From: a virus
IMG/VR virus record: IMGVR_UViG_2513237127_000006
Reading direction: 5' to 3' (one strand)
DNA: 64,000 nt
Shown here one piece after another: positions 53,627-64,000 of the stretch. The translations under genes were made by a program, and so were the position numbers. Every line of letters starts with the position of its first letter. Position 1 is the stretch's first letter. The notes beneath the pieces are model-generated. The model saw only the letters and a list, made by a program, of their open reading frames with translations. It was not told the origin of the DNA and made no database searches.

Positions 53627-56158
53627 ATGAGTGATTCTATCACAATCCTGAAACACCCCGTAAATACCCTCGCCAAAACATGGTGCGCTGATGGCACGGT
53701 GAAAGCCTACGACAACGCCAAGTTCTTCGAGGTGGAGCAACGACCGCTCAACAATAGCCGCGAGCTGTCTGCACTCCTCACGGAGCTGGAGCAGAACCGG
53801 CATGCCTGTGTCATCCGTGGCGTGTATGTGGGCGATGCCAAAGCCGCTGCGCTGGATACAGAGTTCCAGAAAGGGAAAGCACGGCGCATTGCCGAGCTGT
53901 ACGAGGATATCCCGCATCACTGGATGCTTGTTGAGATCGATAACTTCGAGCCACTGCGCCTTGATCCGGTCGCCGATCCGGTGGGGAGTATCAGCGAGTT
54001 CATCGACGCACATCTCCCGTTCTGGTTCGCAGGTGCGGATTACCATTGGCAGTTATCCAGTAGCGCGGGGCGGCCTGGGAGTGAAGGGAAGCTAAAGGCT
54101 CATGTATGGTTCTGGCTACATACGCCGTACACCAGCGCACAGCTCAAAGCCTGGGCCACTGCCTGCGCTCCAGCCCTGGACGCTTCTGTATTTAATACGG
54201 TGCAAATCCACTACACCGCCGCCCCTGTGTTTGAAGCCGGTGTGGCCGATCCGGTGCCAGTGCGTAGCGGCTTTGTGAAAGGCCTTCTTGAGGATTCTGT
54301 ATTGCTGGAGATTGATGCGGCGATACTGGAAAGCGCCAAGAGTGAAGGCAAACCCAGCCGCCAACACAAGCTCATGGCTGCGGCGGCTAACGATCCCGTG
54401 GCTGTGCGCCTTGAAGAACGCGGAATGATCTTATCGACCGGTAAGGCCGGTGAACTCTTTATCGAATGCCCCTTGACTAAGCAGCATACGCAAGCCTCTA
54501 ACCCCACCGCCACGGTGTATTACCCAGCGCATACCGGAGGCTATGCCAATGGCGCGTTTGTATGCCAACACGCTCACTGCCGAGGGTTGCCACAAACGGC
54601 GTTTCTACACGAGATAGGAATCTATTCCGATGAGGAAATGCTAGACATGTTCGAGGACCTCACGGACGCGCCTGCCACGCTAGCCATTGAGCGGCACGAC
54701 GTGCCCGAAGCGCTGTACCTAACCACCGACAAAGCGAACGCAGTGCGGATCGCCAAGCACTACGGCAAACGGATCATGGTGTCTGCTGAGCGCTGGTTCG
54801 TCTGGGAAGGCACCCACTGGGCGCATGATACGGATGCGGCACGCCTGCTAACGTTAAAACTCTCCAAAATCATTCACGGCGAAGTGGAGCAATGGCGCAC
54901 CAAACGCGCCGACACAGAGAAGGAGAAAAGCAAAAACGCAAAGATCGCCGCTGCGCTGGATGCATGGGGCAAGAAGTCGGAAATGCGCAGCACTGTTGAG
55001 GCGGCGATGGCGCTGGCTAAATGCATGATCGCGGTGAAGCCCAAACAACTGGACACAGACCCCTGGCTATTGAACTGTGCCAATGGCACGTTGGACCTGC
55101 GCACCGGAACGCTCAAAGCGCATCGCCCAGAGGACTACATTACGCGGGTCGTTCCCGTTAACTACACGCCGGATGCCGCTGCACCTGTGTTTAAAAAGAC
55201 ACTGGCACGTATTACCTGCGAAGAGGGGCAGGCCCAGCAGCCACTCAGCAACTTCCTGCAACGCTGGTTCGGCTACTGCGCCACCGGCTCGGTACGTGAG
55301 CATAAGCTGGCCGTGCTGTACGGGATGGGCCGTAATGGGAAAAGCACGCTACTGGACTTAATCTCGGGGATTCTTGGCGCTTACGCAAGCGCGGCGGCCC
55401 CTGGGTTGCTGATGGACGGCGGCCACGACCGGCACCCCGCCGAGATCGCTAAGCTTTTCGGACAGCGCATGGTGACGGTGAATGAAACCAGCGAAGGCGG
55501 CGTATTGCGTGAAGGCTTCGTCAAGCAGGCTACTGGCGGCGATACGCTCACTGCGCGCTACTTGTACGGCGATTTCTTCGACTTCAAACCCACGCATAAG
55601 CTGCAACTGCTGACTAATCATAAGCCGGTGATCAAAGGGCAGGACGTGGGCATCTGGAGTCGCCTGATGCTCATTCCGTTTGAAGCGCGCTTCGGCACCG
55701 CTGAAGAGGTAGAGGCAGGGATCGCCCAATACCCAATAGATCATAAGATCACTGAGAAACTGGCCGCTGAGCGAGAAGGCGTCTTGGCGTGGGTTATAGC
55801 TGGTGCCGTGGAATGGTACAAGAACGGGCTGAACCCTCCGGAGGTTGTACGGGACGCTTCCAAGGACTACCAGACGGAGCAGGATCGAATTGCCCAGTTC
55901 ATTGCTGAGGAATGCGTATTAGGGATGGAACATGAGGAGAAACTAACCGCGCCGATGGGCGGTGGCCTCTACCCCGCGTATACGCAATGGTGCAAAGACA
56001 GCGGTGTTTACGCGCTATCCAAAGTCCGTTTTCTTGGCGAATTGGAGCGGTGCGTGCCGAAGTTTGGGAAAAAGCATGTATATGAAACCCCTGAAGGGGG
56101 AAAGCGCCGGATGTTTCTAGTTATTCAAGGTATCGCGTTGACGGGCGCTGACCTGTAA
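53627..56158 (+). CDS. P4/D5-family primase-helicase (copy 2)
   Basis: Identical to 11075-13606. Confidence 0.9.
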   Translation: MSDSITILKHPVNTLAKTWCADGTVKAYDNAKFFEVEQRPLNNSRELSALLTELEQNRHACVIRGVYVGDAKAAALDTEFQKGKARRIAELYEDIPHHWMLVEIDNFEPLRLDPVADPVGSISEFIDAHLPFWFAGADYHWQLSSSAGRPGSEGKLKAHVWFWLHTPYTSAQLKAWATACAPALDASVFNTVQIHYTAAPVFEAGVADPVPVRSGFVKGLLEDSVLLEIDAAILESAKSEGKPSRQHKLMAAAANDPVAVRLEERGMILSTGKAGELFIECPLTKQHTQASNPTATVYYPAHTGGYANGAFVCQHAHCRGLPQTAFLHEIGIYSDEEMLDMFEDLTDAPATLAIERHDVPEALYLTTDKANAVRIAKHYGKRIMVSAERWFVWEGTHWAHDTDAARLLTLKLSKIIHGEVEQWRTKRADTEKEKSKNAKIAAALDAWGKKSEMRSTVEAAMALAKCMIAVKPKQLDTDPWLLNCANGTLDLRTGTLKAHRPEDYITRVVPVNYTPDAAAPVFKKTLARITCEEGQAQQPLSNFLQRWFGYCATGSVREHKLAVLYGMGRNGKSTLLDLISGILGAYASAAAPGLLMDGGHDRHPAEIAKLFGQRMVTVNETSEGGVLREGFVKQATGGDTLTARYLYGDFFDFKPTHKLQLLTNHKPVIKGQDVGIWSRLMLIPFEARFGTAEEVEAGIAQYPIDHKITEKLAAEREGVLAWVIAGAVEWYKNGLNPPEVVRDASKDYQTEQDRIAQFIAEECVLGMEHEEKLTAPMGGGLYPAYTQWCKDSGVYALSKVRFLGELERCVPKFGKKHVYETPEGGKRRMFLVIQGIALTGADL

Positions 56159-56649
56159 CGAAAAGAAGTACAGCGCCCTCGGCATCTCGCAAATGGCTGT
56201 TAGCGAGATGCCGAGGGTTTGTAGGGTGTTAAAGCCGCACCGCCTACAGTCACACCCCTGCACTTCTTACACTTGCGTTTTTCGATATCAATCTAAACTC
56301 GTTGCTTAAAATATGTACACCATACACGGGGGCTAACAGGAAATTGTACGTTTTCGTAGTGCATTAAGTGCAAGGCTGCACTACCTACACTGTTTCTGCC
56401 TATGTTTTTCTATTGTCCGTCCCAACTCATTGTATAAAAAATATACAGCATATATAGAGAGAAATAGGAAATTGACCCAAATAACAGTGCGGGCAGTGCA
56501 CACCCTTAACCGCAACCCCATTCTCGCGCCCGTACATCCAGCCACTGCCACGACGGCGGAAGAAAGCGCCGCCGCATCACCCAATAATCTTCTTTATAAT
56601 CAATGGGTTATACTAGTCCCCATGCTTTTTTGTGATGGGTGAGTGGCCA

Positions 56650-57267
56650 ATGCAAACAACATGCTTTCTGCAACGCTCCAATCCGCCCCGCTTGCTGGCG
56701 CGTTTGCCTTTGGATGGGAAGCCCTGCGTTGCGAGATGCGGGGATACCGTAGGGGTTGGGGTGAGGCACACCGTCGCTACCAGGTTGCCTGCCAGTGTGC
56801 AGGAGTTAGCGGATGTCATCGGACGGGAGCAAGCGTTAACCCTGATTGGTCAGTTGCCGCGTACGTATCCCAAAGGCCGCCGCAGTGGCAAGGTGATTTT
56901 GTATATCCCTAAGGCTTTATCACCCAATCACCGATTGGTATCCATTCTGGGATGGGAGGATGCACAAAAGCTGGTGGATGTTTTCGGTGGGGAGATTTTG
57001 CAGCCAGCCAATTGCAATTGCATTGCCCGCCATGCGCGGGATTGTGCAGTTGTGGGGCTTTTGCGTCGTGGTGTGCCCTTGGATGTCATTGCCGCGATAT
57101 TTGGGATCAGTGTCAGGCACGTCAGGAATTTCGCTGGGGGTAGTCCCTGGCACCCGTCACGGAAAACCTGTCACAGGACGTGCGCCGAGGAGACGCGCAG
57201 GATGACCGGCAATGAATGTCTCCGGGACGTGTCATGCAGACCATTGGTGAAGAAGGCATTGCACTGA
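56650..57267 (+). CDS. Mor-like late regulator (copy 2)
   Basis: Identical to 14098-14715. Confidence 0.65.
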   Translation: MQTTCFLQRSNPPRLLARLPLDGKPCVARCGDTVGVGVRHTVATRLPASVQELADVIGREQALTLIGQLPRTYPKGRRSGKVILYIPKALSPNHRLVSILGWEDAQKLVDVFGGEILQPANCNCIARHARDCAVVGLLRRGVPLDVIAAIFGISVRHVRNFAGGSPWHPSRKTCHRTCAEETRRMTGNECLRDVSCRPLVKKALH

Positions 57268-57722
57268 TCAAATTTTTTGAGGGTTGCAAGTTGAACCCGT
57301 ACACCTGTCCTGGTGGAGTGTTGACGATTGGCTACGGCGAGACGGGCAAGCACGTTGTGCCTGATATGTGTCTTGCCAATGAGCAGGAAGCCGATGCGAT
57401 GTTACGTGCACGCTTAGCCAAAGAGTTTGAACCGGCTGTACGGCGTTATGTGCGTGTGCCACTCAAGCAACAGCAGTTTGATGCGTTGGTGTCGTTGAGC
57501 TTCAACATTGGTACGGGTGCGTTCCACCGCTCGACGCTGTTACGCAAGCTCAATGCCGGTGATGTGGCTGGTGCGGCGGAGCAATTTCATGTGTGGAAGT
57601 TTTCAAGCGGTCGTGTGCTTCCTGGCTTAGTTCGGCGTCGAAAAGCCGAACGTTGGCTATTTGAAGGCAAAGATTGGCGGGCCACATTAGCAGCCGAGCA
57701 TGCTGCGGCGAAGAAGGCATAA
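57234..57722 (+). CDS. GH24 endolysin (copy 2)
   Basis: Identical to 14682-15170. Confidence 0.92.
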   Translation: MQTIGEEGIALIKFFEGCKLNPYTCPGGVLTIGYGETGKHVVPDMCLANEQEADAMLRARLAKEFEPAVRRYVRVPLKQQQFDALVSLSFNIGTGAFHRSTLLRKLNAGDVAGAAEQFHVWKFSSGRVLPGLVRRRKAERWLFEGKDWRATLAAEHAAAKKA

Positions 57723-57723
57723 G

Positions 57724-58053
57724 GTGATTGATCCCTCAACCATGATGTCCTGGTGGAAAGAAGCGTTTTACACGTGCCTTGCGATGGTGGCAGGGATACT
57801 TGGCTACCTGATGCGTTCTCTAGACAACGGTGAGAAACCAACCTGGGCGCGTGTGCTGATCGAAGCCAGTGCGGCGGGGCTGGTGGGGCTGTTTGCGATG
57901 TGGGTGTGTGAGTCTCTGGAGTTAAGCCAGCAACTGACAGCCGTCACTGTGGGGGTGTTTGGTTGGCTTGGAGCCTCTGCCAGTTTAGACCTAATTCAAA
58001 GCTTCATAGTCCCCAAAGTGGGGGGTGGGAGAAGGAGTTCGGATGATCGTTAA
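57724..58053 (+). CDS. Holin (copy 2)
   Basis: Identical to 15172-15501. Confidence 0.75.
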   Translation: MIDPSTMMSWWKEAFYTCLAMVAGILGYLMRSLDNGEKPTWARVLIEASAAGLVGLFAMWVCESLELSQQLTAVTVGVFGWLGASASLDLIQSFIVPKVGGGRRSSDDR

Positions 58054-58504
58054 TACACTGCGTCGCGTCGCAACACGTTTGCCCAGTGTGCGGCTGTTGA
58101 TTGAGTACATGATGATTGGTGCGTTGGTGGCGCTGGTGGCACATGCGGTGCTGGCGTGGTCCGAGCGCAGTCAATTAGCGCAGCGGGCGGCGCAGCTGGA
58201 AGGCCAGTTAGCGGCGGTGGAAAGCACGTTGGATGCGCAGGTCGCGATCAACATGGAGCAAGACGCTGCAATTGGACGGTTACGCACTTTACGGGAGATT
58301 GACAGCCGCGCGATGTCGGGTTTGCAGTCTGATCTGAATCGGATCACGTTGCGCGACCGGGCATTGCGGCAGCGCATCACACATTTGGAGCAACACAGCG
58401 ATGAGGCGAAAGCTTTTTTGGATAGGGATGTGCCTGATGTGCTTGGGTGCTTGCTCGACAGGGACGGCTGTCAAGCCAGTCACCCTCACGCAAAGCCGCG
58501 TTGA
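58043..58504 (+). CDS. Rz: i-spanin (copy 2)
   Basis: Identical to 15491-15952. Confidence 0.7.
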   Translation: MIVNTLRRVATRLPSVRLLIEYMMIGALVALVAHAVLAWSERSQLAQRAAQLEGQLAAVESTLDAQVAINMEQDAAIGRLRTLREIDSRAMSGLQSDLNRITLRDRALRQRITHLEQHSDEAKAFLDRDVPDVLGCLLDRDGCQASHPHAKPR

Positions 58505-58730
58505 GGTGATCATCCCGCCGCAGGTGTTGTTGCAGCCGTGTGAGGCGCCGGAATTGCCACGTGTAGAGACCGTCCGCGATGTGTTGAACCAGACGTTGGG
58601 ATGGCGTTTTGCCTATGAACAGTGTGCGGCGCAAGTGCGCTGTGTTGCGGCATGGGTGCAGGCGGCACGGAGGGGGCAGCCGTGGTTCTCAGATGGCTGC
58701 GGAATGGAAGACAGCGATACCTCACCGTGA
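58401..58730 (+). CDS. Rz1: o-spanin (copy 2)
   Basis: Identical to 15849-16178. Confidence 0.7.
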   Translation: MRRKLFWIGMCLMCLGACSTGTAVKPVTLTQSRVEVIIPPQVLLQPCEAPELPRVETVRDVLNQTLGWRFAYEQCAAQVRCVAAWVQAARRGQPWFSDGCGMEDSDTSP

Positions 58731-58805
58731 CCATGGTGTAGTGGCATCTGGTGGATGTGGAAGCGTCAAATGAGCGAATTTAGCTGCAATTTGACAGATT
58801 TTCAT

Positions 58806-58849
58806 GGGTCCTTCCTGATGGGGGAGGCCTGCGGGGTCGAAACTCCGCG
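58806..58849 (+). other. Putative cos site (copy 2)
   Basis: Same as 16254-16297. Confidence 0.65.
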
Positions 58850-58902
58850 AAGCTTCCATTGTGCGTGGTGTTTTGATTCTCACTTGTTGTTTATATCGAC
58901 CG

Positions 58903-59454
58903 ATGGTTTTACAGAAGCAACAAGGAAAACAGGTTAATCGTGCAGGCCTTTCGGAGATATTCGGTGTAGCGTTGCCGACGGTCGATCAATGGGCACGTAA
59001 CGGCTGCCCGATCGTGAAACGCGGTGGGCGTGGGCGGGAATGGACGTTTGACACGGCTGTAGTTGCCCGCTGGCTACGTGACAAAGCCGCAGAAGAAGCG
59101 GCGGGTGAAGCGGTGGCCGATATTGAAGAATGGAAGCGCCGCAAGATCGCCGCGGAAGCGCAACGTGAAGAGTTGCACTTGGCCGATGCAAAAAAGCAGG
59201 TTGCTCCTTTGGAGCAGGTGGAAAAGACATTGGCCCGCGTCTTTGCAGAAGTGCGTGCCAACCTGCGCACTATTCCAGGGCGGACCGTCGCCCTCCTACT
59301 GGGTGAAACCGACGAGCGCCGCTACAAACGCGTGCTGCTGCAAGAAATCGATCAGACCTTAGAAAATCTCGCGTCCTTGGACCTGACCCAAGAAGACACG
59401 GACGCCGACGAAGACGAGGACGAGGACGAGGACGAGGAAACAGGCGATGTCTGA
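58903..59454 (+). CDS. terS: Terminase small subunit (copy 2)
   Basis: Identical to 16351-16902. Confidence 0.88.
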   Translation: MVLQKQQGKQVNRAGLSEIFGVALPTVDQWARNGCPIVKRGGRGREWTFDTAVVARWLRDKAAEEAAGEAVADIEEWKRRKIAAEAQREELHLADAKKQVAPLEQVEKTLARVFAEVRANLRTIPGRTVALLLGETDERRYKRVLLQEIDQTLENLASLDLTQEDTDADEDEDEDEDEETGDV

Positions 59455-61399
59455 AACCTTTGGTTTAACCGCCCTAGAAAACCAAGAAGGCGTCGATCAG
59501 ATGATCAGCAACGCCTTACAGATGCTGCGACCGCCCCCCGCAATGAAGCCTTCCGAATGGGCACAGACACGCATCCGCATTCCTGAAGGCAACGCCATTC
59601 CTGGCCCCTTACGCCTCGACAACGCCCCCTACCAACGCGAACCCATGGATATGCTGGTGGACCCGGACTGCTACCGCGTCACCCTGAAATGGGGCGCACA
59701 AGTCGGTAAAACCATGCTGGCCTTATGCGTACAAGGCTACTGCATCGAAATGGCTCCCCGCAGCCAAATGATGCTGCAACCTTCACAAGGCGATTTACAA
59801 GCCTGGCTAGAAACCAAATTCTCCCCGCTGATTGCAGCCAATCAAGGATTACAACGCCTGATTGCAAAACCGCGTGGCCGCGATGGCGTCAACAACCAGC
59901 GGATGAAATCCTACCCTGGAGGATTCCTGATGTTCGCCTGGTCCGGCTCCCCAAAGACCATGCGCGGGCGCTCAGCCCCACTGATTGTGTGCGACGAAAT
60001 CGACGGCTACGAACGCACGGACGAAGGCCACCCGGTGAGCTTGTTGTGGCAGCGCGCCGCGACCTTTGGCGATGAACGGTTTCTTCTGGAGATCAGCACA
60101 CCCACCATTGAAGGTGCCAGCTATATCGATGACGCCTACCGGGCCGGAGACCAGAGGCGATTTTATGTACGCTGCCCCGCCTGCGGATACGAACAAACCC
60201 TAGAATGGGAACACGTCAGCTGGGTTGGACGCCAAAGCGACCCCGACGCCGATTTGGCCGCTATCGACGCCCATCAACCGCACACTGCACGCTACGTCTG
60301 CCAAGGGTGCGGCGTATGCTGGGATGACGGCCAACGCATTGCAGCCGTTCGCCAAGCCCGCTGGCAGGCCAGCAAACCCTTTAACGGCCATGCCTCCTAC
60401 GAACTGAACGAACTCTACTCCACCTTCCGCCGCCAAAGCGCCATCGTTCAAGACTACCTGGACAAACTCAAACACCAGGACCTACAAACATTCACCAACG
60501 TCAGCCTGGCCCGCGTATGGAGCGAGACCGCCGAACAGGCCGACATTGACGACCTGCTGCGCCGCCTTGAAACCTACCTTGCCGATGTTCCTATGGGCGG
60601 CGTCTTTCTCACGGCGGGCATCGACATGCAAACCGACCGCCTTGAAGTGGAAATTGTCGCATGGGGCATTGGCGAAGAATCCTGGTCCATTCATACCGCC
60701 GTTCTCTACGGCGATCCCCTCTTAGGCGACGTCTGGGACGCACTGGACCGCTACCTCTCTACCACCTGGCAGCATGAAAGCGGCCTACGTCTATCCATCC
60801 AGGCTGCCTGCTTAGATACCGGAGGCACCTCCGGCTACACCCAAGCCGCTTACCAATACCTGCGTACCAGGACAGGCAGACGCCTCTTTGGCATTAAAGG
60901 CGTTGGCGGCTGGGGCCGTCCCATCGTAGACAAAGCACAACGCAAACATTCCGGACGCAACGCACCCAGAATCAACCTCTTTACCGTTGGCGTGGACGAA
61001 GCAAAATTAATTGTGATGCGCCGCCTTGCCATCACCCAGCCCGGCCCAGGCTACTCCCATTTCCCCGCAGACCGTTCCCCCGACTGGTTTGCCCAACTGA
61101 CGGCTGAGAAATTGCGCACCCGCTACCTCAAAGGCCAGCCCATACGCCAATGGACCAAACCCGACAAAACCCCCAACGAAGCATTGGATTGCCGCGTCTA
61201 CGCCTACGCCGCCCTCAAAATCATCAACCCGCATCTACCACATGACGCCAAGCGTATTAAGGACGCCGCCGCCTTATTGCCCGAGGAAAAACCGCCACAG
61301 GACCCCACCCCAGAAGTGCAACACCATACCCCTCATTTCCGCCCCCAACGCCCCCGGCACCCCTTAAAAAGCCGGAGAACATGGGCTAACGACTGGTGA
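59447..61399 (+). CDS. terL: Terminase large subunit (copy 2)
   Basis: Identical to 16895-18847. Confidence 0.93.
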   Translation: MSETFGLTALENQEGVDQMISNALQMLRPPPAMKPSEWAQTRIRIPEGNAIPGPLRLDNAPYQREPMDMLVDPDCYRVTLKWGAQVGKTMLALCVQGYCIEMAPRSQMMLQPSQGDLQAWLETKFSPLIAANQGLQRLIAKPRGRDGVNNQRMKSYPGGFLMFAWSGSPKTMRGRSAPLIVCDEIDGYERTDEGHPVSLLWQRAATFGDERFLLEISTPTIEGASYIDDAYRAGDQRRFYVRCPACGYEQTLEWEHVSWVGRQSDPDADLAAIDAHQPHTARYVCQGCGVCWDDGQRIAAVRQARWQASKPFNGHASYELNELYSTFRRQSAIVQDYLDKLKHQDLQTFTNVSLARVWSETAEQADIDDLLRRLETYLADVPMGGVFLTAGIDMQTDRLEVEIVAWGIGEESWSIHTAVLYGDPLLGDVWDALDRYLSTTWQHESGLRLSIQAACLDTGGTSGYTQAAYQYLRTRTGRRLFGIKGVGGWGRPIVDKAQRKHSGRNAPRINLFTVGVDEAKLIVMRRLAITQPGPGYSHFPADRSPDWFAQLTAEKLRTRYLKGQPIRQWTKPDKTPNEALDCRVYAYAALKIINPHLPHDAKRIKDAAALLPEEKPPQDPTPEVQHHTPHFRPQRPRHPLKSRRTWANDW

Positions 61400-61402
61400 C
61401 CC

Positions 61403-61951
61403 ATGACATTCCAGCACCGCTGCCCAACATTCCCTGCCAAGATCAATGCTGGATGCTCATTACAGATCGCCTTTGCACTCAAAGACTACCCCTGGCCCGA
61501 CTGGACACTCCATTGCCTGCTGCGTGGTCCGGCATCACTGGACCTCATCGCCCAGGGTGAAAACACCACCCACCGCTTCGACATCCCCGCTGCGGACACT
61601 GCACAGTGGACACCCGGCGATTACCTCTACCAACTGCGTGCAGCACACAGCCCCCACACCATCGAACTAAAACGTGGCACATTCCGTGTGGAACCGGACT
61701 TCGCATCGCTGCCCCAAGGCTATGACGGACGCAGCGACAACCAACGCGCCTTAGATGCCATCAACGCCGTCCTGCAAAAACGCGCCACCCAGGACCAACA
61801 GCGCTACCGCATCAACAACCGCGAACTGTGGCGCACCCCCATCGCCGAATTACTGAAACTGCGCACCTTCTACGCCGTTGCCGTACAGCGCGAAACACCC
61901 ACCGATACCCCCCGCTGGGGGAACGTCGTTCCTGTGAGGTTTGTAGGATGA
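61403..61951 (+). CDS. Head completion/adaptor-like protein (copy 2)
   Basis: Identical to 18851-19399. Confidence 0.6.
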   Translation: MTFQHRCPTFPAKINAGCSLQIAFALKDYPWPDWTLHCLLRGPASLDLIAQGENTTHRFDIPAADTAQWTPGDYLYQLRAAHSPHTIELKRGTFRVEPDFASLPQGYDGRSDNQRALDAINAVLQKRATQDQQRYRINNRELWRTPIAELLKLRTFYAVAVQRETPTDTPRWGNVVPVRFVG

Positions 61952-63546
61952 ACCTCTGGACATGGTGGACACAGCGCACAGCCCCTCCAGATCAGCCCAC
62001 CCCAGACACGGCAACACCCCAGCCAAACCACACCCCGCGGCGCTGGTATCAGCGCCTGCTGCCCCTAGGCGGCATGTTCAAAGCCGGACAAGTGGATGCC
62101 AATGACCTGTGGAGCAGCATCCCCGTCTCCCCGGACGAATACATCACCCAACGTCTTCCAATCCTGGTCGCGCGCATGCGCGAACAATGGTCCAACAACG
62201 ACCATGTCAAACGGTACATTGACCTATGCCGCCGTAACATTGTGGGTCCTCGCGGCATCGTCATGCAGGCCCAAAGCAGAAAATCGCGCAGCGGTGCCCT
62301 GGACACCACCATCAACGACGCCATTGAAACCTGGTGGCAAGACTGGGGCCGCAAAGGCCATTGTGACGTCACCGGAAAATTATCATGGCGTGAAATCCAG
62401 ACCCTCTGCGTCGAGACCTGCGCCCGTGATGGAGAGTGTATTGCCCGAAAAATTTATGGCACACACGCCGGACCGCATGGCTTTTGCTTACAACTGATTG
62501 ACCCCTTGCGCCTGCCGGTGCGCTACCAAATGCTGAAAACCGACCAGACCGGCGGATTTGTCCGACAAGGCATCGAATTTAACCGATTCGGAAAACCACT
62601 GGCCTATCACTTCAGCTCCATTGACGAACGTGACGCCTACTACTACAGCATCAATGGACGAGGCTACGTCCGCGTTCCTGCCGACGAAGTGATCCACATC
62701 TTCAAACCCGTGATGGTGGGACAACGCCGCGGCCTGCCTTGGGCCGCCACCTCCCTACTGCGTCTGCACCACCTACAAGGCTTTGAAGAAGCCGCCGTAC
62801 AAAACGCACGCGCCGCCGCGAGCAAAATGGGCTTTGTCCGCTATCCGGAGGGCTATGGACCGCGCGCCGACGAACAGGAAAACGTTGCCCAAACAATCCA
62901 GATGAACGCCGGACCCTTAGCCATCCACGAACTCCCCCACGGCGCAGAATTTCAAGACTGGAACCCCCAATACCCCTCAGGGGAATTTGGCTTATTCACC
63001 AAAGCCGCCAAACAAAGCTTGGCCGCGGGCATGGATCTCTCCTACCACGCCCTCTCCGGCGATCTGGCGGACGTCAACTACTCCAGCATCCGCCAAGGCA
63101 CATTGGATGAACGCGAACGCTGGAAAGAAGACCAGCAATTTTTTATCGAATCCCTCCACACCCCTGTTTTTGAAGCGGCCTTGAAAGTGGCATTGCTGAG
63201 CGGACAGATTCGCGTCCATGGCAAACCACTGCCTGCCGAGCACTACGACCGATACCGCCGCGTTTCCTGGCAAGGCCGCCGCTGGGCCTGGGTTGATCCC
63301 CGCGCCGACGTTGAAAGCGCACTGACCTGCATCCGTGGCGGCCTGACCTCCACCAGCCAAGTGATCCTGGAACAAGGCCGCGACCCCCAGGACGTCTTTC
63401 GCGAAATCGCCCAAGACCTGAAAGAAATGCAAGCCTCCGGCATCCCCAACGACTACCTCAAGTACCTGCTGTATGGCGCAGACCTCACTGTCGCCAACGC
63501 CACACCGACCGAGAAGGAACCCACCCCCCATGAACACAGCGACTGA
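61948..63546 (+). CDS. Portal protein (copy 2)
   Basis: Identical to 19396-20994. Confidence 0.92.
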   Translation: MNLWTWWTQRTAPPDQPTPDTATPQPNHTPRRWYQRLLPLGGMFKAGQVDANDLWSSIPVSPDEYITQRLPILVARMREQWSNNDHVKRYIDLCRRNIVGPRGIVMQAQSRKSRSGALDTTINDAIETWWQDWGRKGHCDVTGKLSWREIQTLCVETCARDGECIARKIYGTHAGPHGFCLQLIDPLRLPVRYQMLKTDQTGGFVRQGIEFNRFGKPLAYHFSSIDERDAYYYSINGRGYVRVPADEVIHIFKPVMVGQRRGLPWAATSLLRLHHLQGFEEAAVQNARAAASKMGFVRYPEGYGPRADEQENVAQTIQMNAGPLAIHELPHGAEFQDWNPQYPSGEFGLFTKAAKQSLAAGMDLSYHALSGDLADVNYSSIRQGTLDERERWKEDQQFFIESLHTPVFEAALKVALLSGQIRVHGKPLPAEHYDRYRRVSWQGRRWAWVDPRADVESALTCIRGGLTSTSQVILEQGRDPQDVFREIAQDLKEMQASGIPNDYLKYLLYGADLTVANATPTEKEPTPHEHSD

Positions 63547-64000
63547 AGTAGTACGGGACCTTCGCAAAGGCGGCACCCAGTACCGCCATGCCGACGTCCT
63601 GTCGATAGACGCACCCGCCCGAACCCTTGAACTTGCATTTAGCAGCGAATCAGCAGAAGTAAAGACATGGTCCGGCGTGGAGATTCTCGGCCACCGCCCC
63701 GGCGAAGTGCGCCTGCACCGTCTTGACAACGGTGCCGCCTTACTCCTGGACCACAACCCGCGCGATCAGATTGGCGTTGTCGAATCGGCCTCTATTGACA
63801 GCGACCACCGCGGACGCGCCATCGTGCGCTTCGGGCGCAGCCCACGTGCTGAAGAAATCTTACGAGATGTCCTGGACGGCATCCGTAAACACGTCTCAGT
63901 GGGCTATTTGGTGCATCAAGTCGAAGTGATCGGCCAACGCGACGGGTGCCCCCTATACCGCGCCACGGACTGGGAACCCATTGAAATCTCCATTGTCAGC
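63530..64000 (+). CDS. Protease-capsid fusion, N-terminal part (cut by window edge)
   Basis: Identical to 20978-21448. Confidence 0.85.
   Translation, partial: MNTATEVVRDLRKGGTQYRHADVLSIDAPARTLELAFSSESAEVKTWSGVEILGHRPGEVRLHRLDNGAALLLDHNPRDQIGVVESASIDSDHRGRAIVRFGRSPRAEEILRDVLDGIRKHVSVGYLVHQVEVIGQRDGCPLYRATDWEPIEISIVS

Larger units (their letters stand above)
1..64000. mobile_element. Temperate phage (contractile tail, cos packaging), about 1.5 tandem copies of a 42,552-bp genome
   Basis: Complete set of integration, immunity, replication, lysis, head and tail modules; no host genes; 42,552-bp periodicity. Confidence 0.95.
42553..64000 (+). repeat. Tandem genome repeat, copy 2 (matches 1-21448)
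   Basis: Same 42,552-bp offset throughout. Confidence 0.97.

Noticed and set aside
1-64000. IS elements or host chromosomal genes
   Set aside because: No transposase motifs or terminal inverted repeats with target duplications; every large ORF fits a phage module.

Overview
The window contains only temperate-phage DNA, with no host gene. It is a head-to-tail tandem of a 42,552-bp unit: positions 1-21448 recur at 42553-64000 with identical translations in the ORF track, so about 1.5 genome copies are present. The phage is a mosaic of APSE-like replication genes (DUF2800 nuclease, DUF2815 SSB, family-A DNA polymerase, VRR-NUC, SNF2 helicase, P4/D5-type primase-helicase), a lambdoid cI/cro switch, a P1-like c4/ant antirepressor unit, a Mor-like late activator, endolysin-holin-spanin lysis genes, a lambda-type cos/terminase/portal head with a protease-capsid fusion, and a P2-like contractile tail. 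A tyrosine integrase sits next to an intact attP-like junction. Gene content and style resemble Xylella fastidiosa prophages (inference from recall, not a database search). The most unusual structure is an array of gene cassettes directly downstream of cro. The cassettes are delimited by four copies of a 17-bp SD+ATG/stop repeat (GAGGTGTCCGATGCRGC, read as EVSDAA-stop) and carry cargo genes on the opposite strand, while a near-continuous relay of overlapping sense-strand ORFs runs across them. A similar repeat-bounded cassette lies downstream of PL. Other notable items are predicted leaderless cI, cro and toxin mRNAs, a triple BRO-N protein built from homology-bounded modules, a three-gene TA moron, and a predictable 12-nt cos end.
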